From Pelomyxa schiedti (Eukaryota > Protista > Evosea): a stretch of DNA of 57,648 nucleotides. Under the pieces are notes generated by a model that was not told the DNA's origin, made no database searches, and worked only from the letters and a program-made list of their open reading frames with translations. This document shows positions 48,265 to 57,648 of the stretch, piece by piece (position 1 is the stretch's first letter; each line of letters begins with the position of its first letter). The stretch lies in NCBI GenBank assembly GCA_020536535.1, contig JAHLWZ010000892.1, positions 1 through 57,648 of the forward strand, in the 5' to 3' direction. A program made the translations under genes and the position numbers.

Positions 48265-51200
48265 ATGGACGTAGCCATACCTCAGGGTTTCACATCTATG
48301 AGTTCGTCTTACGACGTTACGAACGGACCCCTTCTGGAGGAGTTCCGTTTCGTTCCCCCACAAAATCGGCAAAACAAACAGCACAACCCCATTTCCGCAG
48401 TGCCTCAGGCTTCATACCCTTCGATGCCTCTCCCGCAGCCCACAATGCAACCTCCGCCGCAATTGCCTGTTGTAATGCCACCCCAGAACGCCGTTGATTC
48501 GCAGCAGCTGCAACAGTTTCAGCAGTTGCAACAACTGCAGCGCCTCTTGCAACAGCAGCAGCGTCAACAGCAACAAGAGCAAGAACAACAGCAACTACCA
48601 CCACAACAGAACGTTCAACCTCTACAACTACACGAAACCCCACAACCGTCATTTATGTTCCAACCACAAATTCAATCGCAGTCACAAATGCAACAACCTT
48701 TACAAATACGCCAAGGACAGCAGCAAAATTTGCTTCTTCTTCAACAACAGCAGGCCTTGTTGCAACAGCAGCAACAATCCATCATACAGCAACAGGCTTT
48801 TTCACAGCAACAAGTAAATACACCGAACCCTTCTGCACATCAGAAAAGCCTGCTGCAACATTTACAAGCACAGCAAAGTGTGACTACCCCGTCACCCTCT
48901 CCATCCAATCCAGCTCCTGTCTCAACACCAGCCACACCCGCCCCTACTCCCATCAATCCCACTTCCGTGCCCTCTGCCCCGACTTCAAATACTGGATCTG
49001 GGGTGAAGCCTCGCAAGAAGCTGTGGGTTTGCACATACCCTCTGTGCACAAATACTAGTCCCAAGACGTACTACAATTGCTATTCTCACGTGTGGGATGC
49101 TCACGTGAGACACGAGCTAGCTGGTGCAACAGAACCTGGGACACCTGCCAATTGTGTGAGGCAAATTCTCCTGTTTTTATTCTAACATACCTTTCTGGTA
49201 AGTGCTCAGTGCTCTCGTATATAAAAAACTGGAAGACAGAGATGCTGTCAAGCATCTATGTGTTAGATATATTGCAGAAATTCCTGACCGTAAGCGTTTT
49301 GAAACCATTGCTCTATTTCACAAAAAAAAGTTGATGTTGCTGGTGGACCTACTGCCAAGAAACGCAAACACGTTCACCCACACCAAAACGTTGTGGTACC
49401 AAATTCTTTACCATGTACGGACCCCTTTAAATGTTCTCTGTTGCACTAATTATTTTCCCAGTTTTACCCAATGCAGTGCAGCCCTGCCCTGTTTCAGGTG
49501 AGTTCTATCCCCAGTACAGCCCATACGTCGACAATGTGTGTCTTTTCCACAGAGATTTCTTCTAACTTGTGTTGAAAGACCTTTTCCCTGTCACAACCGC
49601 ACTTCAACACACCTCCCGTTGACACTATGGGAAAACAAATGCAGCCTTGCAACTTTCACCCACTCAGTGCTACAATGTCCAATGGAAATACTCCTTTACC
49701 TACTCCAACTACCGTTACAACAACCACTACAACTACAACAGACTGTTCTGCAACACCAGCACAAAAGAGTCTTCCTTTGACTCCAGTAGTTACACTGCCA
49801 CTGACCATGCCTTTGAAGCAAAAAACTTCTGCAGAGCACCCAGTTGTGGAGATCCCAATAATTCCAAATGTTCATAAATCCAGTCCCTCCAGTGGGGACG
49901 GTGACAATCCCACAGATGGGAGCCCAAATGGTACTTCGTCACACAGTACCCCATCTGCCGCTCCTTCTCTTCCACAGTCCCCCAATGGGAACAATGGTGA
50001 GTAACAATTTTAAAGTGCTACCCCTTATCTACTCTAGAAGTAGAACTTTCTGTGCTCCCAAGGGACAAGTCTCCGACTATTAGAACGCAAGGTAACGTGT
50101 TCTAGTCTTTTCTCTCTTTAATATCCTTTAGATCCAAATTACCCTGTCGATGAAAATGAGTTCATGAAAATCGTGTCACTTACTGAAAGCTTGCGTAGAC
50201 TTCATGTTTGTGGTGAGGTAAGTCTCCATACAAAGATTTGATAAATCCTTATTGTGATAGATTTTTGCTGAAAATGGCTTTTTGCAAAGATCTGATGCAC
50301 GGTTTAAGCACAACATACAGCCTTTGCAAGTATATTTTTATTTACTCCTTTGGCTCGGTAAACATTTCTTGCAGGGTGCTCTTGACAAAGTTATGACAAT
50401 TGCAGGCAAGTCTTTTCAGTATAAAGACGACCCTGCTGTTAAACTAGGATTTATTGCTCAGGAGCTGAAGCAAGTGGTTCCAGAGGTAATTATTACGTAC
50501 CTTTCTTCTTCTATTGACCGTCACTAGGTAGTACGTGAAGACACTGAGGGTCTCAGTGTTGATGTGGTTGGGCTTGTTCCTTTGATTGTTGAAGCCCTTA
50601 AAGAATTGCATACATCTACCAAAGATGCACGAGTAGATCAATTTCTTGATTTACATCGAGCGGTATAATCCTGACAAACAAAAAAAAGGGAGAAAAATTA
50701 AAACCCTTCAGACAGAGGATGCACTTTCTAAAGTGAGAGAACTTGAGGCCCAGATTTCTGTAATGAAACAGAACAGCGGTAACTATATTGATAGTGGTAT
50801 CTTTTCACTCAACTTCCGGTTTTTTTTTTTAAATGTTTTATAGATCGCACTTTAATGCTGAAGTATTCAGTGCCTCGTCGAAACACGATTCACTACGATG
50901 CAACATTTGGCCCGCCTTTCCTAGTGTTTATGTTATTGGTGATCTTCACTGTTGGAGGAATAATTCTTCCTTTTGTGCTGCCCAGTCTTCCCTTTGTCTG
51001 GGCTTATTGTTGGCTGGCGGTTTTACTTATGGGTGCTAGCTTGTGGAAACAACGGAGAGAAGTTATTGACATGGTTTACCTCTTCTGTTTCAATTTTTCG
51101 TTTAATCTTAGGAAAAGGTTAAGTACAAGGAAATTAAATTGTACTGGTATCCGTCACATACCATCAATATGTTTCTGTTATCGCTAGTGGCTCTCACAGG

Positions 51201-52229
51201 TCTCACTTTATCAACAGTCATGGGTACTGTCCCAATAAAGGTACGTTCTCTTTTTTTTTTTGTTGACGACTCACTCTCACAGGTCGTTGGTATATTCTTG
51301 GCAGGACTACTTGTTTTTTGGGGCTTCTCTATTGTTGCCCACAAGAAATTTGATGTTTCTTTCCATGGTAATTTGTTCCAGTTCCTTAACCTTTTGACCC
51401 TTTTTAGCCATCTTCGTGGTTCTATTCAGTGGAATAACAGCCGCTGCTCTTGGCTACGTTTTGTTGTTCCTTATTCAACGTAAACTACTCATTTATCTAC
51501 TTTTCCTAAACCAAACACAGCATACGAATGCTTTTTCAGTGGCTATGACCACAATTTCGAGTACTATGTTCAACTAGGAGAACCTGTGGGACCTTTACCC
51601 CTTTCGGCACTGCCATGGAACTGTCCCTCTTATACTTTCCAGATAATAACTCCTTTGCCTGCCAATATTTCTATGCACAATGTATGACTTTATTTCCTAT
51701 TTCTTTCTAATTTGGCCAGAGTGGGGTTCGTGATGTACCTCCTTACCTTGCTGGCGAAGTTGGCTCTCTGTTTGATACCCAGACAAGTGATGTTTATCTT
51801 GTGTGTGCCGATGTTGTAAAATTTTTCTGTGGGGGAATTACGTTCAAAGGTATTCAAACCCCTCACCTTCCCACAACTCACATAGAAAAAGCTTGTGTGG
51901 ACCGAGATGACAGATCATCATGTGAAGCAAATGGGTGTGGGTGGTGTTCTACGAGTACCAGTGATGTAGAGCAAGGATATTGTGGGGACTGTGACGGTGA
52001 TTTCATTTCTACTTGCGAGAGTCTACCCCAAGGAGGAAGTTCAAGTAAAGGTCCGTATATTGTTGCACAAAGCCAGAACGCTCCTCACCAAACTACAGAC
52101 GGAACGACCTACAGCACTGCCGCTTGCTCCACAGCAGCTCTACAACGGCAAGCCAGCAACGACGGGAGTTCCTTCACTCCCTTACGCAGTGCTATGCTTA
52201 TCACCCTGCTTCTCCTGTGTGTTGTGTAG
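48265..52229 (+). CDS. Q-rich / C2H2-like finger / peptidase S74 (intramolecular chaperone autoprocessing) / coiled coil / 5 TM / Cys-rich ectodomain protein
   Basis: One continuous GT-AG spliced frame: CTYPLC-x13-HVWDAH; AKKRKH; LHVCGEIFAENGFLQR-SDARFKHNIQPL..ALDKV....GKSFQYK...LGFIAQELKQVVPEVV....GLSVD..GLVPLIVEALKEL; five hydrophobic helices; CEANGCGWC; hydrophobic C-terminal tail. Confidence 0.85.
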
Positions 52230-52373
52230 GTTTGTGTTTTACCCCTCGTGTGTACAGTTTTGCAGTAAATACGCTGTATTCTACGCCGTTACGAAAAGGA
52301 AAAAAAAACCCTCGTTTTCCCGTAACAACAACAAAAAGAAAAAACCAACCCGTTAAACAACGGTGACAAGCGA

Positions 52374-53015
52374 ATGGACCCAGGAAGACAGAAGCAGCTC
52401 ATGTTCATGAAAGGGGCACTCGCCATCAAGATGGAGAGGAGCACGGCGGACGTGAACATGAGCAACGTCAACCACACGAGGGAGACCATCACCGCGCCCG
52501 AAGGCAGCGGCACCGGCGGCGGCGAGCCTGGCAACGTCGCCACGGTGCGGTTCTGGAGGTGCCGCGACAGCGAGTTCGAGATCGCGGCGGTGTGCTCGCG
52601 CATCACGGTCGACGACTGCAGCGACTGCACCATCGCGGTCGGCCGCAAGGTCCTGTCGGCCGTCGTGGAGGTCAACCACTGCGAGGGCCTGCGGATGCGC
52701 TTCGACGTGCCCGTCGGCACGCTGCAGGTGGACAACAGCCCCAGCGTGTCGCTGACGTTCGCCGACGCGTCGATGTTTGGCAACCTGGTGTGGGCCAACG
52801 CCGCCAACGTCGTGGTGACGTTCGAGGGCTCGCAGCCCGACAGGCTGCAGACCGGCACCAACTTTGTGGAGCTCGAGGAGGGCGCCGACATGGGCGTGTG
52901 CCAGTTCTCGGTCAAGTACGTCGACGGCGCCTTCGTCACCGACGAGCTCGTGCGGATCCCCGGCGGGTTCCCGACTAGCCTCAAAGATGTAAGAACCAAC
53001 AACACAAGCGAATGA
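52374..53015 (+). CDS. C-CAP/cofactor C-like beta-helix protein (stand-alone CAP C-terminal-like domain)
   Basis: Intronless 213-aa ORF with ITVDDCSDCTI...VLSAVVEVNHCEGL...GTLQVDNSPSVSL beta-helix repeats; QFSVKYVDGAFVTDELVR. Confidence 0.75.
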   Translation: MDPGRQKQLMFMKGALAIKMERSTADVNMSNVNHTRETITAPEGSGTGGGEPGNVATVRFWRCRDSEFEIAAVCSRITVDDCSDCTIAVGRKVLSAVVEVNHCEGLRMRFDVPVGTLQVDNSPSVSLTFADASMFGNLVWANAANVVVTFEGSQPDRLQTGTNFVELEEGADMGVCQFSVKYVDGAFVTDELVRIPGGFPTSLKDVRTNNTSE

Positions 53016-53235
53016 GGTGGGTTGGGTTCCCGGGACTAATGGCATCCACCAAAACCCCCGCCCGTTCCCAAACTACTCAATCCCTATCTCAACTCTTCGG
53101 CCGGTTCTGCCTTTTCTTTGCCAACACAAAAACAAAAAACAACCAGATATTATTAATAAAGGGACCACCTTTTTTTGTACCGTGTCATTAACGTAACCCT
53201 CAACTTGGTCCAGTGTTCGTAAAAATAACCTGGAA

Positions 53236-55151
53236 ATGATCGACGAGAAGGCCGGGGCACACGGCGTCAGGCGTGGTGATAGTGATGGTGATTATGGCGC
53301 CGTTAAGAGAAACCACGAGGGTGGGGCCGCGGTTGTAGTTGATGCTGGTGGTGGTGATGGAGGTGTCAGTCCTTCCTCTGGTTCTCGCGAGACCGACGGC
53401 GGCGGCGCCACGCCAAAGGTTGGTCTTGTTTCTTCTGGCCCAATGGTTGCCGTTGATGTGGATGCGCCTATTCCGGCAAAACTGCCTGTGGCGTGCAACA
53501 ACAGGTTTTTTTTTTTTAATCGGGATGTGGGATACGTTTTGTTGTTTGCCCTGTGGGTTCACGTGATTGGAGTGTTTTTTTTATTTTTATTTGTTTATTT
53601 TTTTTATCGGGATTCGGAAGTATGTTGTGTGGCCCTGTGATTCCGTAATTGGGCTTTTTTTTTTATTTTATCTTTTAATTTAACAGGAGGATTACAGGGT
53701 GGTGAGGTTTTTGAGGGCTTGGATTGCAAAGCCTGGAAGAAGGCCTGAAGTGGCTCTTCATTTGTGCAGCTTTGCTTTCTTTCTGGTATTTACTGCAGAG
53801 AGCGTGGTCCTCGGCTTTAGCTCTAGTATTATTGGTGGCTTGCTTGGGTATTGGAATGTTGCAATTCTTTACATGGTTTTCAGGTTCTCCTTCAAGTGTC
53901 ATTTCTTTCCTTAACATAAAAAAAGTATAACTTCCCTTTTTTTGGCGTTACCTGTAATTACCTGGCTTGGCCCAATCAAAGGAATGATGATAGCATCAAT
54001 CACCTACGTGCTATATTGTGTAGCAAATGCATTTCCACAATGGGCTACCCTTCTCCCAGCAGGAATACTCATAGGAGCGGGGGCCTCTGTTCTGTGGGGC
54101 TCCCAGGGAATATACCTCACAGCAGCAGCTACTGCTTATTGCAAAGAGCGTAATATGCCTTCCACAGATGCCGTTCTTGGGAGGTATTTTGGTGTATTTT
54201 TTGGGTACACACTTCTCAGCTGGGTGCCAGGCAATATAATGGCTTCCCTCATTATGATGAGTGGCAAGGACTCCGATGTATCGGTTTCATCACAGTCTTC
54301 TTCTGATACATCAAGTAATAATGCGCAATACACATTGACCGTTCTTTTACTGGCTGGAGTTTGCGCAGTAGGGACCATAGCCTTACTCTTTTTGCCACGA
54401 TTCGATTATGGCACTCTTGGAAAAACCATGAAGCAACAGCTAGTTGGCGCAATCATGATGATGAAGAATAGAACTTTCTGCATCTTGATTCCTTACTTCC
54501 TTTCTCTTGGCTGCCACACCGCATTTGTGTTAGGAGAGTTCACAAATTGCTTCCTCTCGCCATCTCTTGGAGCTGATATGATTGGATTTGCCATGGCAGT
54601 GTTTGGAATGAGCTGCGGAATAAGTGCCATTGTTTCTGGGATGGTAATGGACCATTTTGGACCTTTGGTGGCCGGCACTCTCATTTGGTTTATTTCATGT
54701 TCAGGGTGCTGCATTTATTTCCTTGTAGGATTAATGGTGTGGCACTTCTAGCCTCTTTTCCTCACCTAATCACTACATCGAATTCCAGGTTCCATCCATT
54801 GGAATTTTCACTTCATTAAAATGGGTTATGTTTGCCTGCGCTGCTATTCTCGGGACATCCTTATCATCCCGCTTTGTGCAGAGAAATATCCTCACGTCCA
54901 TGCTTTTCAGATCCTGTCTGGATGACTGCCTTGTAGGCCAGCGATCGTGGGAAGCCTTTGGCTACGTGGTGATTTTTGCCATAGGACCCTTTGTCAGTCC
55001 CCTCCTGAAAACATGGATGCAGCTGGGCATCACCATTGTTGCCGCAACAAGTGTTCTCTGTGTGAGATGGATTCCATTCTTTGGGGGGGTGATCAGGACA
55101 CCATCAGAAATGAGGCAACCCTCAGCAGTGAAGCTGCTTCCTTTGTCCTGA
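53236..55151 (+). CDS. UNC-93-like MFS membrane protein
   Basis: FAFFLVFTA, LG.....ILY, LGP..MMI...YVLY..AN, GILIGAGASVLWGSQGIYLT, GRYFGVF, GN; many TM helices. Confidence 0.85.
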
Positions 55152-55267
55152 AAACAAAGGAGTTTCTATTGAGTGGTTCAATTCAACTTGTCTTGTGCAT
55201 AACGATCAAAACCTGGTCTTTTCACATAACAAAGAAAATATACAAACAAATTTTGGTGATGGGATGA

Positions 55268-56203
55268 ATGACGACGACAGCTCGTAGTAATGCTGAAATA
55301 ATTATGTTTTGCCTTTTGTCGGGAGTTACCTGCGTCATTTTTATTTTTCTTTTGCTTTGTTTGACGTCTCGTGTGGTGGCAGTAACACTAACTAAAATGG
55401 ATAACGCCCTAGTGTACGGGTTGCTGCAGGCGGCATTTGTGACTGTGTTTATGCAACACTCACTGAGATCGGACTATGGATATGTCGTCTCCCACGGCCC
55501 GGCATTGTCAGATCTTGATGTGTTTCATTCGGCTGACACGATGGATGCCACTGACGACATTTCTCCCGAGATCTCAGTCATGCAAGGAAGTGCCCAGGAA
55601 TCAGCGCCGAATTTGCCTGTGGTGACTGTGGAATCTGTTCCCAACACATCAACCGGCATCGCGATTGTAAACCCCGATCATCCATACAGAGTTGTGCTGC
55701 AAATTGACGCCCCTGGCGAGCCCCCACGCGCAAAAATCATATGGAAGGATGCTGATTCTTTGGCTGCGGCACTGGATGCCCAATACAAGATTCTGATGGA
55801 AAGTGACCTTGGGAAATTGCCAAATGAAGTACCGGCACAGACAACTTGTGACGATGGGGACCCCTTTGGTGTGGAACCTCCAACTCCAGGCCACGATGAA
55901 CACTTGAGGCAGGGTGAGTCTCCAGGTGTGACTTCCTCTTGGATAATTTGTACATAGTTAATGCTAATATATACATTCACAATAAACTTTAACAGGTGTA
56001 GCCGCCAAGATTATCATGGTAGCGTACCTGTGGCATCCTTTGATTGGGGTCCTTTGGGTTGGTTGGATTGGTGTTACTGTTCTGGTAGCCTGTCTATGGA
56101 CTTTTTGGGTATTCCATCCTACTCTGCCACTTGGGTCTTTTATCACACTCATAGGCTCAAAAGCAACCTCATTTGGCCCTCCTTTATCGCGGTATCAACA
56201 TGA
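55268..56203 (+). CDS. Hypothetical membrane protein; start uncertain
   Basis: 229-aa ORF plus downstream hydrophobic exon (LWHPLIGVLWVGWIGVTVLVACLW); no family recognised. Confidence 0.45.
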
Positions 56204-56365
56204 AGCTGGCTGCACACTTCGCCAAATACAAAAAATAAGCCTCCTGTTCTATTTAAAGTAACGGCAAAAAAAGATAAAAACTCACAGTAGCGTCGTTTGG
56301 TTTTTTTTTTCTTTCTCTTTTAGAACAAAAAAAACAAAAAACTTTTCGCCGTCAACCAAGCCACG

Positions 56366-57245
56366 ATGGTGCGCGGCGTTTGAATATTTTTTGTGTCGAC
56401 AACAAACCGAACAACGTTTTGCAACAAAACCACGACAAACCTCCGACCGCATTTTTCTTTTTTCCTTTATGTTTACGTTTGGTTTTTGTGTGTCGGCAGG
56501 CAGCCATTAAGCCTTACGTCACATGCATCAAAGAGACCATAACTGCCGCTATGTGCTTGGAAAATTTCCCATCACAACTCATCGAAAGGCACAACAAGCC
56601 TGAAGTTGAAACAAAGTGAGCAACTTCCCCACCCTTAGTTTTGTTTTATGCTGCTTTTGGCGGGGGTTGTAAATAAAGATTTGCAAGAACAGTTGCCAAA
56701 CAACAACCAACACACAAAACAAAAAAGGATGAGCAAGGAGTTGTCTCTTAATCCAATCATCATTGCTCGAACAAAGCAAGAGAAGATTTTAATTGAGGCA
56801 TCAATCAACTCTGTCAGAATCAGTGTTGCACTCAAGAAAATTGATGATCTGGATCAAATTTTGTCTAAGCGCTTCATGCGATTCTTGACACAGCGAGCAG
56901 AGAATTTCCTCGTTTTGAGGCGAAAACCTATCAAGGTACCGGCCGAAAAAAGCATCAAATTTTCCACACCAATTGAAAACCAATTAACCCACACAAACAC
57001 TAGACAATCCAACGCTAACAAACGCACCCACAATTGTCTTTTTTCACCTAACACCGTTGAAGGGTTACGATATCAGTTTCCTCGTGACCAACACCCACAC
57101 CGAGAGCATGTTCAAACACAAACTGATTGACTTTGTCGTCCAATTCATGGAGGATATTGACAAGGAGATCAGTGAGATGAAGCTGTCTGTCAACACTCGT
57201 GCCCGTCTAGCTGCCCAGGCCTACCTCAAGGAACTTGTTTCTTAA
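56366..57245 (+). CDS. ARPC4: Arp2/3 complex subunit 4 (p20)
   Basis: [74 protein letters not shown]...[21 protein letters not shown]; ATG-only first exon. Confidence 0.97.
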
Positions 57246-57648
57246 GATCGCGAGATCCATCTACAAACAAACAAACCAATCTGTGTCAAGGGAATAGGAG
57301 GAATTAAAAAAACCGCATTCAGTTCACACATACCAACCACTATCTGATCTCAATCTTGATCGGTCCAAACGTCAAACGCAACGCGATTACGCGTTTGACA
57401 TTTTTCCTGTAGATTTCCACCCTGCCGCCTCCATTTTTTTCCAAAGTGCCAGAACCCGGGACAAACAATTCTAAAACCCATCAATTCGAGGCCGCGCCGG
57501 CATCAAATGGCAACAACGGTACGAAAACAAACGCAAACTAGATTGAATAGATTGAGTTGGCAAGTGAAATAAAGTAGGATTTGTACACTCTTTTCTAGAA
57601 GTTGCAGATCCGACACAAAATGCATTGTTGGTTGTTCTTCACAAATTT

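Noticed and set aside
48265-52229. Calling this gene MYRF/MrfA or a phage tail-fibre gene
   Set aside because: No NDT80 domain or tail-fibre repeats are visible; it is intron-rich and multi-pass, and only the S74 module is shared
11864-57245. Alternative genetic code or stop readthrough, suggested by very fragmented ORFs
   Set aside because: In-frame stops in the conserved genes I traced fall inside short introns, and genes end in TAA, TAG and TGA
1-57648. tRNA or rRNA genes
   Set aside because: None recognised by eye; a covariance-model scan would be needed to exclude them

Overview
Gene-dense eukaryotic nuclear DNA with many short (mostly ~40-60 nt) GT-AG introns, so the ORF track fragments almost every gene; the models below were spliced by eye. 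Standard genetic code. Gene content and intron style suggest an anaerobic amoebozoan protist (Archamoebae/Pelomyxa-like; inference only). Contents in order: decayed Ty3/gypsy RT, YdcF/DUF218 protein, GH29 alpha-L-fucosidase, Crinkler-type kinase pseudogene, F-box/GTPase-like protein, unknown membrane protein, STT3, eIF5, RING-B-box-coiled-coil-NHL protein, propeller-MORN-VPS9 GEF, 2TM-HAMP class III adenylate cyclase, ethanolamine-phosphate cytidylyltransferase, TPM-TM-RING protein, a putative transcription factor, Tup1, primase small subunit, a three-module GlpA-like/oxidoreductase/DUF1667 fusion, a repeat-rich degenerate block bracketed by ~40-bp inverted repeats, two hypotheticals, a multi-pass membrane protein with a C2H2-like finger and a peptidase S74 self-cleavage domain, a CAP-C protein, an UNC-93 MFS transporter and ARPC4. 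The strongest novelty candidate is 48265-52229, which looks like a membrane-tethered, self-cleaving transcription factor: MYRF-like logic, but with a zinc finger instead of NDT80, five TM helices and an extracellular Cys-rich domain. Candidate GA-AG introns are also notable.
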